Assembly: GCA_036339735.1 (NCBI GenBank)
Contig: JAYZAL010000041.1
Location: forward strand, 1-64,000
Origin: Candidatus Poribacteria bacterium
Lineage (GTDB): Bacteria; Poribacteria; WGA-4E; UBA9662
DNA: 64,000 nucleotides
Reading direction: 5' to 3'
The notes under the pieces are model-generated. The model searched no databases, had not been told where the DNA came from, and worked only from the letters and a program-made list of their open reading frames with translations. How positions within the stretch are numbered: the first letter of the stretch is position 1; each line of letters opens with the position of its first letter. A program made the translations under genes and the position numbers. This document shows, piece after piece, positions 43,049 to 54,016 of the stretch.

Positions 43049-46000
43049 TTAAGATGAGCTCTTGGGTGCAATGACGAGCTCTCTTAAGTCACAAATAGCG
43101 TAAACGTAGTCAGCAATTTCCGATAATAAAGCTAATCGATTGGCTTTTATCTCTGAGTCATCCGTCATGATTAAGACTTGATCAAAAAAGTGATCAATTG
43201 CTGGGGCTAGCTCTGCCAAATTGTCTAGCAGTTTATCATACTGACCTATTTCGTTCAAGTCAGCCATTTTTTTAGAAAAACCAAGATATAAACTACCAAG
43301 TTTATGTTCAGCTTCTTCCTGAAAAAGTTGGGATTTAATTTCTTGACTGGAAACTGAAAAGGGCTGATTAGGCAGAATACGCAACACTCTATTAAGTGAT
43401 GAATATACCTGATCAAAGTCATCTCGTTTACGAAAGACCTGTATAAGCTTTGCTCTCTTCTCCACATCGCTGACATCGAATTTGTGATTCGTATCAAGAA
43501 CAGATAGGGTCGCATTGACTTCATCGTGAGCAAAACCTTGATCTTGTAATAGGACTTGGAATCTTCCTTTCAGAAAATCAGCAACTGCGACTTTGGTATC
43601 TCCCATGAGTTCAATCCCATTGTCGAGGTAACTTTCCACAGAGTGATCAATTATAGAATGCAAATCTATTGGTAACTGATAGTTCCGTAAAATCCGTAAG
43701 ACTCCAATAGCTTGTCTTCGCAGTGAATAAGGGTCCTGAGAACTTGTGGGTCGTTCATCAATACCAAAGTAGCCCACGATTGTATCCATCTTATCAGCAA
43801 TTGAAACAACCATCCCAATTCGAGATTCAGGTAGAATACCTTCGGCAGAAATTGGTCGATAGTGTTGTTCAATAGCCTGAGCAACATCATTTGACTCTCC
43901 GCTAGCTAAGGCATAATATTTTCCCATCGTTCCCTGCAAAGAAGGAAAACCAATCACCATCTGAGTTGTTAAGTCGGTCTTACATAGCTCTGCGGTTCTT
44001 TGGATGGATTTTTTTTCATTTAAGCTTACATCATCTAATTGCTGGACTATAGAGTTAGCCACTTTTTGTAGACGTTCTGACTTTTGATATAATGATCCAA
44101 GTTGGACCTGAAATATAACATTTTTGAGTTGATTAGCTTTATCTGCTAAAGTGGATTTTCGATCTTCTGTGTAATAGAATGTAGCATCTTCTAGCCTAGA
44201 TCGTAAAACGCGTTCATTTCCCTGACGAATGACGGACGGATTACCTTCGGAGCCGTTGGAAATGGTGATGAATTTAGCAATCGGTGTCCCGTCTTCTTTT
44301 AACATGGGAAAATACCGTTGATGCTTTTTCATGTATGTTGTTAGTACTTCAATAGGTAATTCCAAGTGCTCTGAATCAAAAGTACCTACTATAGCTTGTG
44401 GGTTTTCAACCAAGTAGTTTATTTCCGTTAGTAGTTCTTGGTCGAGTATGGTTGAACATTTCTCTTCAGCTAAAATCAGTTCAACTTTCTTTTGTATCTC
44501 AGCGTGACGCTGAGTTTGATCAACAAGAACATTGGCAATACGAAGTTCTTCAATGTATGAATTCAGGTCAGATGATAATAATTTTATTGGTTCTGGGTTG
44601 AGCGATCGATGACCGTAAGTAAGACGACTAGCAGTTAAGCGGTCTAGCTTAACAGGTATAATATCTTTACCTAGCAGCACTACTAACCAACGGATTGGTC
44701 GAGCAAAACGTGAATTGTCCCACCGCATAGTTTTTGGGAAATTGAGTCTATGAATCCAATCTGGTACCAACTCTGTCAAGATTTCAAACGTTTTTCGGCC
44801 TATTTCTGATTTAGTTGCAGAAACGTATTCACCACGGTTGGTTGTGATTGTTTGCAAGGATTCTACTGAGATCCCATTTGATTTAGCAAACCCAATAGCT
44901 GCGATTGTTGGATTTCCCTCATCGTCAAAGGCCGCTTTCACAGGAGGGCCAATCATCTCAGTTTCTTGGTCAGCTTGAGAAAGGTCAACACTTTTGATTG
45001 AAAGTGTCAGTCTCCTTGGTGTAGCAAACACTTTCAGATTCTCAAACGACAATCGGTTTTCAGCCAAGGTTGATTGAACTAAATGAGTCAACTGTTCCAG
45101 AGCTGGCTGAATATAACTAGCGGGGATTTCCTCAGTACCTATTTCAAGCAAAAAATCACTTTGCTTGCTTGAATCATTAGGCACGATTTCATTCGTTGAA
45201 ATTTCAATGCCAGCGTCAATGGTAACTGGATCAGGAGAAACGAGTAACGGGTGGTTTAGATCCTGACGCTGTGCGACATAAGCCCGAGCCGTTTTCTGAG
45301 CAAGCCGACGTACCCGCTCTATATAACCAACTCGCTCTGTGACACTAATCACGCCTCGGGCATCCAGTAAATTAAAGGTGTGAGACGATTTTAGAACATA
45401 ATCGGTTGCAGGTGAAATTAAGTCTTTATCCAAGCAGGAAAATGCCTCGGCTTCATAAGTATCAAAAAGGCTTAGCAACATTGAAGTATTAGCATAATCA
45501 AAATTATATTTCGAATATTCCACCTCGGCTTCATAGTGGACATCTCCATACTTCAATCGTTTATTCCACTGAATTTCATGGAATGAAGATACGTCTTGTA
45601 GGTAAAGAGCAATACGTTCCAAACCATAGGTTAATTCAGCAGAAATTGGTTTCAATTCCAAACTTCCCATTTGTTGAAAGTAGGTAAATTGAGTAATTTC
45701 AGCACCGTTCCACCAAACTTCCCACCCTAAGCCAGAGGCACCCAAGGTGGGCGATTCCCAGTCATCTTCTACGAATCGAAAGTCATGCTTACGTGGGTCA
45801 ATACCTAAATTCCTCAAACTTTCCAAGTACAAGTATTGAACATCCGTTGGCGCAGGTTTCAGCAAAACTTGGTACTGATAATAAGCACCCCATCGGAAAG
45901 GGTTTTCACCATAGCGACCGTCAGTTGGTCTACGGCACGGTTCGACGTAGGCAACTTGCCATGGCTCTGGTCCAAGACAACGCAAAAAAGTAGCGGGATT

Positions 46001-46102
46001 AAAAGTGCCAGCTCCCACTTCAATATCACAAGGCTGCTGGATAAGACAACCTTGGTTGGCCCAAAACTGTTGTAACTGAGAGATAATTTCTTGGAAAGTC
46101 AT
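43049..46102 (-). CDS. glyQS: Glycine--tRNA ligase, alpha and beta subunits fused
   Basis: Alpha motifs ([40 protein letters not shown]) run in frame into beta motifs ([47 protein letters not shown]). Start placed at ATG 46102. Confidence 0.96.
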   Translation of the reverse strand: MTFQEIISQLQQFWANQGCLIQQPCDIEVGAGTFNPATFLRCLGPEPWQVAYVEPCRRPTDGRYGENPFRWGAYYQYQVLLKPAPTDVQYLYLESLRNLGIDPRKHDFRFVEDDWESPTLGASGLGWEVWWNGAEITQFTYFQQMGSLELKPISAELTYGLERIALYLQDVSSFHEIQWNKRLKYGDVHYEAEVEYSKYNFDYANTSMLLSLFDTYEAEAFSCLDKDLISPATDYVLKSSHTFNLLDARGVISVTERVGYIERVRRLAQKTARAYVAQRQDLNHPLLVSPDPVTIDAGIEISTNEIVPNDSSKQSDFLLEIGTEEIPASYIQPALEQLTHLVQSTLAENRLSFENLKVFATPRRLTLSIKSVDLSQADQETEMIGPPVKAAFDDEGNPTIAAIGFAKSNGISVESLQTITTNRGEYVSATKSEIGRKTFEILTELVPDWIHRLNFPKTMRWDNSRFARPIRWLVVLLGKDIIPVKLDRLTASRLTYGHRSLNPEPIKLLSSDLNSYIEELRIANVLVDQTQRHAEIQKKVELILAEEKCSTILDQELLTEINYLVENPQAIVGTFDSEHLELPIEVLTTYMKKHQRYFPMLKEDGTPIAKFITISNGSEGNPSVIRQGNERVLRSRLEDATFYYTEDRKSTLADKANQLKNVIFQVQLGSLYQKSERLQKVANSIVQQLDDVSLNEKKSIQRTAELCKTDLTTQMVIGFPSLQGTMGKYYALASGESNDVAQAIEQHYRPISAEGILPESRIGMVVSIADKMDTIVGYFGIDERPTSSQDPYSLRRQAIGVLRILRNYQLPIDLHSIIDHSVESYLDNGIELMGDTKVAVADFLKGRFQVLLQDQGFAHDEVNATLSVLDTNHKFDVSDVEKRAKLIQVFRKRDDFDQVYSSLNRVLRILPNQPFSVSSQEIKSQLFQEEAEHKLGSLYLGFSKKMADLNEIGQYDKLLDNLAELAPAIDHFFDQVLIMTDDSEIKANRLALLSEIADYVYAICDLRELVIAPKSSS

Positions 46103-46217
46103 GAGTTTTGAAAAGTCCTTATCAAATTCATTCAAGTCTAAGGTGTTGGATTGCAGCAATAAGTGTTAACTTATTTCGGTCATATGAGTCAAGATCATTG
46201 ATTTTCGGATCCACCGG

Positions 46218-47924
46218 CTAATCAGGAAGGCTTGGTAATTTGCCTGAGGCCACTTGAGTATCCAAAAAAGATACGAACCATTCGACTGATTTCGCTTCTG
46301 TTGTTAGTGGAAGATAAAAAGAGTAAGCAAAGAAGGCTTGTTCAGAAACAAGAGGAATTGGTAAAGAAGAAATCAAAGTATCATTTCCAGAGCGAATAGT
46401 AATAGCTGGTGAGTCGGAAAGCTGACTAGGTATTGCTAAAATTTCCCAATAACGGCGATGTATAGGATTATTTATCACAAAAATTTTAAAATCAACTTGA
46501 TCCTGCAAACTAGCATTGTATCTATAAGTTGATTTTCCAATTCCGAGCAGATGAGCCTCAGATGACAAGCTAGGCACCAAAATCACTTCATCAACTCGCC
46601 GACCAAAATTTGGTATAGTTTTCCCAGCTAAAGTTTCAATAGGCAACTTGATAATATCCACTAAGTCGCCCCGTTTTTTAGTTATTACTCTTACGTCATA
46701 GCTATACTTCCCATCCGTTTCCACGGACAGAGAGAGTGATTTTTCTCCGGAGGATTGAGCAAATGAAATATAATTAACAGAATAGCTTTTAAGCAATTGA
46801 CGCCCACTTTGCACTGGGTAAAATTGGTGTTTTTTACTAACTCGAATTTTCGGATTTGCGTTTCTATAACCATATTTCCCGTCTCCAAAATCCAAATCAT
46901 CAACTAAATTAGCGATTTTCCAGTCAGCATACACAGTTTGAAAGGTTTCCTTTGACCCCAAGGTTCGTAAGGCTTGATTAATACCAGAAATCCCTGAAAA
47001 TCTGCTCCGAGCAATGGTAGTTATTATTTGTTCCTTGCCATGATGCTCATAAAGATAAAGAGACCACAAGTATGCTGCACCATAACTAGCTAGCAAGTAC
47101 GCGCTATCACGATCCCAATCAATCAAAGATATCTCTGGGTTAGATTCAAAATTTGACAGATGGTCGAGTGGTGGAAAACCACATATAAACATTGCAAATT
47201 CTGATAGACTTTCGTTTACCCAGACAGTCTCACGTCGATCATTTTTCCAATGAATTAAATGTTGGAATTCGTGGGCTAAGACAGTTAAGCTATCAGGCCC
47301 ACCCGCTGAAATGGGATTCGTATCCAGGTAGATCAAATCTAACTCATTACTGTTATACAATTTCCCTGTTTGTGGGTCTCTTAGTTGTCCTCTCTGCTGA
47401 TCAATATCGCTAAAGTAACCAGCTACGACTTGTCCACGAGCATCACTTGGAATATCGAGAAGTAATAAAAAAATACGTTCGTCCCCATCTCTATCTGGTG
47501 GCTCACCAAATATTTTGGTTTGGATTTGGTATATACCTTTATTCGGGTTAGTTGGGGTAGAACGTTCAAAACTACGTATCAAATTAGTTATTGCACGAGA
47601 GCTAACAGTCCGTTTCCACTCCGAGTTTTGAACGTAAATATAACAAAAATCACCAATACCGCGTAGCGTCGCTCTCAAATTATACTGTTCCTTGGTGCGA
47701 AAGTTGACCGCAAAAAAAATACGCTGATCACCAATCTGAAGCGGGTTTCGCTGAGCTGGAGCTGATGGGATTAAGTCCATTGGAACAGTGCGGGGTAATA
47801 GATGAGTTCCATCAATCCATTCTGTTGCTTGAACTATAGGGATTATTGATGTAAGTATAAGAAAAGATAAAAATAAGAAAGGAAACCGTTGGTTAATCAA
47901 TAATTTTGACACCATCGCCAACAC
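46218..47924 (-). CDS. Secreted zinc metallopeptidase-like protein (HExxH; M30/immune-inhibitor-A-like)
   Basis: Signal peptide; PPDRDGDERIFLLLLD, AGYF, LAHEFQHLIH...WVNESLSE, ASYGAAYLW. Confidence 0.75.
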   Translation of the reverse strand: MLAMVSKLLINQRFPFLFLSFLILTSIIPIVQATEWIDGTHLLPRTVPMDLIPSAPAQRNPLQIGDQRIFFAVNFRTKEQYNLRATLRGIGDFCYIYVQNSEWKRTVSSRAITNLIRSFERSTPTNPNKGIYQIQTKIFGEPPDRDGDERIFLLLLDIPSDARGQVVAGYFSDIDQQRGQLRDPQTGKLYNSNELDLIYLDTNPISAGGPDSLTVLAHEFQHLIHWKNDRRETVWVNESLSEFAMFICGFPPLDHLSNFESNPEISLIDWDRDSAYLLASYGAAYLWSLYLYEHHGKEQIITTIARSRFSGISGINQALRTLGSKETFQTVYADWKIANLVDDLDFGDGKYGYRNANPKIRVSKKHQFYPVQSGRQLLKSYSVNYISFAQSSGEKSLSLSVETDGKYSYDVRVITKKRGDLVDIIKLPIETLAGKTIPNFGRRVDEVILVPSLSSEAHLLGIGKSTYRYNASLQDQVDFKIFVINNPIHRRYWEILAIPSQLSDSPAITIRSGNDTLISSLPIPLVSEQAFFAYSFYLPLTTEAKSVEWFVSFLDTQVASGKLPSLPD

Positions 47925-48789
47925 TTAATTTTTTGGGTAACCGTGGGTTTTCGTATACACCTGAAACGACATAATTGTAAACCTGATCAACTTTAATCCG
48001 AAAAATAGGAAAATCAGGATCAACTTCATCAGATTTGCTCTTTCGTCTCAGTAACGTATAGGATTTACCAACAACGGCGTGATTGAATCGGCTAATACAG
48101 ACGCTATCACCTTCGGTTCTCAGTATGAATAGCCGTTGTTCAGCATCGTAGCGATTTTTACTTTGTAAATCCTCTGAATATACCCAATCACCTTTTGCAG
48201 GAGTTTCGAATGCAACAGACGATTTGATTTTAGATCTTTGTACTAGTTTAGGCTTTGTCAGGTCACAGACTTTTTCTTGCCAATCGAACGTATACCAACG
48301 ATTTTTCAAAAAACGAGGGATTCGATTGACTCGATAGACAAACAAGCGTTCAATTACTTGATCAGCCTGAATTTTTTTTGTCAAATCGGGTGAGGCGATA
48401 ACGTAGACGGTCTGTCCAATTCGAGAGCAAATTTTGCTTTGTTGCTGTATTCTGACTGCATCCCCAATCTGTAAAGGTAAGCCATCAAAAGTATCAAAAG
48501 TATCAGCTAAAGATAAGTCAGAACCTCTAATAAATCCATAGCCAACCCAAGTTGTATTACCTTCTAGGTTTTGGCGATAGATTTCGATATGAGATCCGGC
48601 TTGGCGAGCCATTCCTGTCCCCCAATCTATACTGATGGTGCCCTTTTCTCCATTTATAGTAGTTTCCTTGATCAAGCCTTCGAGCGCAAGGCAATTCAAT
48701 GAAGAACAATACAAAAAGTACATTAAACAAACAAATGAAAAGACCTGTTTCGATAACGATTGACTACGAAAAATCAAAATGATCTCCAA
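47893..48789 (-). CDS. Hypothetical secreted protein, possibly with repeated FlgT C-terminal-like beta domains
   Basis: N-terminal hydrophobic signal; repeated units ending IGDAVR, KGDWVY and VGDGVK; overlaps both neighbours. The domain call is tentative. Confidence 0.55.
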   Translation of the reverse strand: MEIILIFRSQSLSKQVFSFVCLMYFLYCSSLNCLALEGLIKETTINGEKGTISIDWGTGMARQAGSHIEIYRQNLEGNTTWVGYGFIRGSDLSLADTFDTFDGLPLQIGDAVRIQQQSKICSRIGQTVYVIASPDLTKKIQADQVIERLFVYRVNRIPRFLKNRWYTFDWQEKVCDLTKPKLVQRSKIKSSVAFETPAKGDWVYSEDLQSKNRYDAEQRLFILRTEGDSVCISRFNHAVVGKSYTLLRRKSKSDEVDPDFPIFRIKVDQVYNYVVSGVYENPRLPKKLSVGDGVKIID

Positions 48790-50002
48790 TTACTCCAACT
48801 AAAGTGGTTGCTAGTTTTATTGGATCGTGTCTCACTACGTCTAATTCTATTCCTTGATCGACGAGTACCCTAGTCTGATAAATCATATCTGCAGTTACAA
48901 GCTCTGCACCACCTAAATGGTCTTTTTGTGGATCAAACAAGACTTGGACTTGTGATGTGTTAGCGATTTGGGTAATTCCACTAGACAATTGGCTAATCTG
49001 CTCTGATAGAGTGCTAATATGATCAAAAAAGTCCATTGGTGGGTTAGTAGTTAGATCATCTTCCTGATTGTTTGACATGGTCAATCCTTCGTCAGTATAT
49101 TTGCGGATTAAATCTAACTGTCCACTGATTTTCTTTTGGATATAGTTTTTAAGCACTTCAGGAGACGCAATGCCATCATTGACAATCACGTAATCGAGGC
49201 TGATGTTGGCATGACTCGTAATGGCGTTCACATGTTCGGTGACGGAATAGTTGTCTGTTTCACCCGGTTGAGACATAACGTTACAGATATAGACTTTGAT
49301 GGCCGAAGAATTGCGAAGGGCTTCTCTTATCTCAGGATACACCAGATTAGGCATGATACTAGTGTATAGGCTACCTGGCCCAATAATGATCACGTCGGCA
49401 TTATTAATGGAGTCAACAGATGCTTTATGTGCTTTCACTTCATACTTTTCGGAGGTCTTACCGTTCGGACGTGATTCTAAAAAAACTTTCTGAATTGGGG
49501 ACCGGTTTTTGCGCTCTGGTATCATTGATTCGCCCCGTATAATCTCTCCATCGATTAACTCCGCACACAGAATCGTTGGTTGTAGACTCACAGGAATAAT
49601 TTGCCCGCGAACAGCCAGCAATTGGGATGCCAACTCAATTGCTCGAGGGAAATTGTTATCATTAAGTTCCGTTAACGCAATTAGTAATAAATTACCTATG
49701 TTATGACCACCCAAAGGTCCGTCGCTGGAGAAACGATACTCAAACAAACTAGAAACTAGTTTATCAGACTCAGATAAGGAAACGAGGAGTTTACGAATGT
49801 CACCAGGAGGTAATACATCAAACTCATCTACTAGCCGTCCTGTACTTCCACCATCGTCTGAGACCGTTACTATAGCTGACAATTCGTCGATATTGATTAT
49901 GTTAGCCGCATCTGGATTTATCATCGAAAATCTTTTAAATCCTTTTAAAAGAGACGATAAGCCAGTACCACCACCGACACAGACCAGTTTTAATGATTTC
50001 AT
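48764..50002 (-). CDS. yvcK: YvcK/GlmR (CofD-like, UDP-GlcNAc-binding) family protein
   Basis: GGGTGLS, IVTVSDDGGSTG, PPGDIR, GHNIGNL, IIGPGSLYTSIMPNL, NVMSQPGETD, VRHDP. Confidence 0.93.
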   Translation of the reverse strand: MKSLKLVCVGGGTGLSSLLKGFKRFSMINPDAANIINIDELSAIVTVSDDGGSTGRLVDEFDVLPPGDIRKLLVSLSESDKLVSSLFEYRFSSDGPLGGHNIGNLLLIALTELNDNNFPRAIELASQLLAVRGQIIPVSLQPTILCAELIDGEIIRGESMIPERKNRSPIQKVFLESRPNGKTSEKYEVKAHKASVDSINNADVIIIGPGSLYTSIMPNLVYPEIREALRNSSAIKVYICNVMSQPGETDNYSVTEHVNAITSHANISLDYVIVNDGIASPEVLKNYIQKKISGQLDLIRKYTDEGLTMSNNQEDDLTTNPPMDFFDHISTLSEQISQLSSGITQIANTSQVQVLFDPQKDHLGGAELVTADMIYQTRVLVDQGIELDVVRHDPIKLATTLVGVIGDHFDFS

Positions 50003-50058
50003 TCTTAAACCAAATTTTGAATTTCTGATTATCTATAACGCTTTCTTTCAACTATTTG

Positions 50059-51495
50059 TTACTGATCTTTCATTTGTTCCTGTTCAATTTGCATGATAAC
50101 TTCTTGTAAACTTTGTTGAGTTTGTAAAGCAAGTTCTTTAGCTGTACCTGAAGAATTTGCCTCACTAAAAATGCGTACAACTGGCTCTGTGCCAGATTTG
50201 CGAATACCAACCCATCGGTCTGGCCACACACACCTAATACCATCGGTTAAGTCCAGAATTGAATTCGATAATTGACTGAAAATTACAGCTGCTCGCCGTA
50301 CTAATTCATCGGCAGTTGCTTGTCTGTCGATCTTAAGTTTAATTTTGTGCATTTTATATTCTGGTAGATTTCTGACACGAGATTGAATGGAATCATCAGA
50401 TTCGGCCAACATCTGAACAATAACAGAAATAGCCGCAATCCCGTCTGTTGTGTGTTGCCAGTTGGGTAATATTACACCACCAGTACCTTCACCTCCCAAG
50501 ACAAGCGCCTCTGGATTATCTTTCGAAAGTTGTTTCATCTTCTCTACCACAAAACTGACCCCAACAGGTACACGGAACAATTCAGCTTTATGGCGGTGCG
50601 CGACATCCTCAATCAACCGACTTGTTGAAATCGTTGCAACTATGAAGGCTGGTTGATCTGTCTTTCCTAATAGAAAATCAGCGACCAAGGCAAAAGTATA
50701 CTCACTACTAATCGCATGACCCAATTCGTCAACGATTACCAACCGGTCTGCGTCTCCATCGTGAGCTAAACCAAGATCCGCACCGACCGATTGAACCGTT
50801 TGGCACAGTTTACTTAAAGCCTCGGGGTATGGTTCGCTCGGACGAGGAAATGAGCCATCGGAGTGGCAAAAAACTTCAGAAACTTTACATCCAAGCGCTC
50901 GTAATAAAACTGGACTAATTCGACTACCCACACCATTTCCGGCATCAATGACTACAGATAATTGACGAGAATGTGTCTGTTCCAAATCGACCCACTGGGC
51001 TTCCAAAATTGCGTTTATATGATGGCTAATTGCTTGATTTAGTTTTTTAATTTTCCCTTGTTTATTCCAAGAACATAGCCTTAGCTTTTGGTTATGATAA
51101 ATATCTAGAAAGCTTTTAAGGTCCTGACCATTTAGTAAGCGGCCTGCTTGAGCCGCAAATTCTAACCCATTCCATTCGGCTGGATTATGGCTAGCAGTAA
51201 TAACGATGCTGCCGTCAGCTTGCTCAACCCTAGACATAAATAGAATTGTCGGGGTTGGGCACATACCAACGTCTAATATGTCGCATCCCGTTGCCAGCAA
51301 TCCAGCATAAACAGAATGCATCATCATCGGCCCAGAAGTTCTACTGTCGTATCCTACTACAATACGTCCGCTACCGATAAAATTACCGAAGGCTGCTGCC
51401 AAACGAACAACCCGCTCTGGTGTCAATGATTCTCCTATAACACCTCTTGCCCCAGAAGCACTGATTATTAATTCTGACAATGGTAAATACCTCAA
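50059..51495 (-). CDS. glmM: Phosphoglucosamine mutase / alpha-D-phosphohexomutase
   Basis: ITASHNP (phospho-Ser), DGDADR, GGEGTGG, RKSGTEP. GlmM versus PMM/PGM specificity is inferred only from the neighbouring yvcK. Confidence 0.8.
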   Translation of the reverse strand: MRYLPLSELIISASGARGVIGESLTPERVVRLAAAFGNFIGSGRIVVGYDSRTSGPMMMHSVYAGLLATGCDILDVGMCPTPTILFMSRVEQADGSIVITASHNPAEWNGLEFAAQAGRLLNGQDLKSFLDIYHNQKLRLCSWNKQGKIKKLNQAISHHINAILEAQWVDLEQTHSRQLSVVIDAGNGVGSRISPVLLRALGCKVSEVFCHSDGSFPRPSEPYPEALSKLCQTVQSVGADLGLAHDGDADRLVIVDELGHAISSEYTFALVADFLLGKTDQPAFIVATISTSRLIEDVAHRHKAELFRVPVGVSFVVEKMKQLSKDNPEALVLGGEGTGGVILPNWQHTTDGIAAISVIVQMLAESDDSIQSRVRNLPEYKMHKIKLKIDRQATADELVRRAAVIFSQLSNSILDLTDGIRCVWPDRWVGIRKSGTEPVVRIFSEANSSGTAKELALQTQQSLQEVIMQIEQEQMKDQ

Positions 51496-51499
51496 TCAC

Positions 51500-52336
51500 C
51501 TAAAGTTTAAACCTAAAAGAAAAAATCAACATCAAAACTGATAATAATACCTGTACAATACAAATGAATACCCAGTTTGGGTATACAAAATGATAAGAAG
51601 CCACAGGTAAAATTTCGTACAAATAGGGAGTCCTGAAAATAGAAGTATCTTGCTCTAACAATTGACAAATGGCAATCATCGGATTCATGTATAAAAAGTA
51701 CGGTATAACGCTCTCTAAACTAAATGAAAAACGGTCTAGAGGTACTAAAATAAAAGGGGACAAAACAATACATAACCACCACAAAATTGCTAATTGAATT
51801 GAATAAACAGATTTCAACGAACCCAAAATAGTATGAGACCATAAGCCAGAAACACTACCTATAACAACAAAAATGGATAACACCAAATGTATATACAAAA
51901 GGACAGTAAGGGGAATAGGCGTAACTATTGACTTGTAATTACTAAGAGTTGACCAACAGATAAAACTGAACCCAATTGCTATCCAAATAGCGATCTGCTG
52001 TTTACCTATGGATAGTAGTAAGAATTTCCACTTTTGACGCATTGATAGAAATTTGTCTTCAGCTAAAAAAAGAGCCGTTTTATTACTCAATACAGGAGAA
52101 ATTAAAAGTATAGATACGCCCTCTGCTAGGAAAATCAACTTAGATGTATGACCAAGTCTAGCGAAGCTAAATCCCCAAAAAAATACAAAAGTAAATCCCG
52201 AAAAGAACAGTAAAGTTAAAATAATTCTGTATAGATTGGGTTGGAGATGTTGCTTTGCGGGCAGATATGAGTAATCAGACAAATATTCAATTACCCATTT
52301 GTGAAGCGTATCTGTTAATTGATCAGCGGTTCTCAT
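51500..52336 (-). CDS. Multi-pass membrane protein (possibly ABC-2 permease-like)
   Basis: About six hydrophobic segments and YMNPMIAI; co-oriented with glmM and 4 nt away from it. Confidence 0.65.
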   Translation of the reverse strand: MRTADQLTDTLHKWVIEYLSDYSYLPAKQHLQPNLYRIILTLLFFSGFTFVFFWGFSFARLGHTSKLIFLAEGVSILLISPVLSNKTALFLAEDKFLSMRQKWKFLLLSIGKQQIAIWIAIGFSFICWSTLSNYKSIVTPIPLTVLLYIHLVLSIFVVIGSVSGLWSHTILGSLKSVYSIQLAILWWLCIVLSPFILVPLDRFSFSLESVIPYFLYMNPMIAICQLLEQDTSIFRTPYLYEILPVASYHFVYPNWVFICIVQVLLSVLMLIFSFRFKL

Positions 52337-52753
52337 TACCGTTTCTCAGGTTATTTTTATTCTACTCGATTATTGTAGAGGTAAATTAACATGCACATAC
52401 AACATACCTAAATTAACCTAGGACGATCAGAAGTTTTTCCGGTTTTTAAGTTTACTATAACATAACGTGCCATAAACTTAGCAAAACAGATAAAATTCCA
52501 AATTATATTTCCAAATGTACGTTCACCAGTTTGTGTTCGAAATTGGCCCCGCGGAAAATGAAGGTTACCAATTGTATAACTCAAGATCAGATTATGAAAA
52601 GTTAATACGAAAAGAAATAACGGTAGATTCTTTTTTGATAAACCCACTTGGTTTATAGAATGAAAAACAGTAATAGAAATTATCTCAGTAATGGTGTATA
52701 TTAGCTGAATAACATCGGAAAAAATTCAGTCTTTAGTCCATACAAAAGTAAAG

Positions 52754-53749
52754 ATGAGAACTCTTACGAAAGAACCAAAAGTAATTCATATAACAAAAAT
52801 GATTTGTAAGTTTCTGGGAAGTTTGAATTTTGCTTTCACTCTATTTTTATTGTTCTTTGTAGGCAACCGATCTGTATTGTCTGACTTTGAGACCAAGAGC
52901 TATGACTGGAGCACTGCAAAAGAACTTCGTACAGGAATTTTGCACGCGAAAATTGAAAGAACTTCCCCTCAGAAGATGGTCATCAATTGTCTACGAATTG
53001 ACAGCCATACCCCTGGTATGAAGTTATATACTACGCCACGCTGTTCAAACTGGCTAGCTGAACAGTCGGAAACAATCCGCCAAACCACTCGAGACTTTAT
53101 TCGCCAATCTCAGAAGACTGATCAAAAACTGGTAGTCGCAATCAATGCTAGCCCCTTTTCACCTTGGCCTGCGCCATACCAAAAGGAGGAACCAACCGAC
53201 ATTTCTGGTTTTGCTGTTTCTCAAGGAATTGTAGTATCTAACCAGAAAAACGTTGCGTCACTCTTGGCAAGTAAGGCTGGTTCTCTGCAAATTTCCATGG
53301 TTTCAACTGAACTCGATATATCAAACGTTGAAACGGCAGTCAGTGGGTTTAGTCTATGTCTTACCAATGGAGAACCGTCTTCATCTGGGACACAACTACA
53401 CCCAAGGACTGGAATAGGTTTATCGAAAGATGGTCAGTACCTCTTTTTTCTGACAATTGACGGCCGACAAACCAACAGCTACGGGGCAACCGTCAGTGGT
53501 GTCGGTAGTCTCCTGAAAACATTTGGTGCTTACAACGGAATTAATATGGACGGAGGAGGTTCAACAACAATGGCGTGGTGGGATCCAAGCATATCGAGCT
53601 CAGACAAGTGCCGACTGCTGAATCGGCCAGTTGGTAATGGTGATGATTATAGAGATGAGAAAAGCCTACCAGATTTCGTGCCAACGGAGCGAGCTAACGG
53701 AAATAATCTCGGTGTTTATTTCGTCGATGTTGAGAAAGTCAATCACTGA
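52754..53749 (+). CDS. Phosphodiester glycosidase (NAGPA/DUF2233) family protein, secreted
   Basis: VAINASPF, HPRTGIGL, IDGRQ, INMDGGGSTTM. Confidence 0.88.
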   Translation: MRTLTKEPKVIHITKMICKFLGSLNFAFTLFLLFFVGNRSVLSDFETKSYDWSTAKELRTGILHAKIERTSPQKMVINCLRIDSHTPGMKLYTTPRCSNWLAEQSETIRQTTRDFIRQSQKTDQKLVVAINASPFSPWPAPYQKEEPTDISGFAVSQGIVVSNQKNVASLLASKAGSLQISMVSTELDISNVETAVSGFSLCLTNGEPSSSGTQLHPRTGIGLSKDGQYLFFLTIDGRQTNSYGATVSGVGSLLKTFGAYNGINMDGGGSTTMAWWDPSISSSDKCRLLNRPVGNGDDYRDEKSLPDFVPTERANGNNLGVYFVDVEKVNH

Positions 53750-54016
53750 CATAAAATTTGTTTCGATAATTATAGACCGGATCTAAATACCTAAGTATTG
53801 AGACACTCGATCCTTTTAGTCCATATTTATAGCACATTATGAGACCATTTAAATCCGTTACGTTACCAACTTAATGGAAAGCCTTTGGGACCACGGTGCT
53901 ATCGGACTCACAACTACCGCAAATTATCTCCAAAAGTACCCGGAAAAACAGCCCGGATTAACATCGGAGATAATTTGCTCCTATCCTAAGTGAATCAGCA
54001 AAGAAGGAAATAGGTC

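Noticed and set aside
52408-52658. Small ORFs 52408..52647 (-) and 52515..52658 (+, 47 aa, MYVHQFVFEIG...)
   Set aside because: No RBS, no recognisable domain, and they overlap each other; they cannot be supported without homology or Ribo-seq data.
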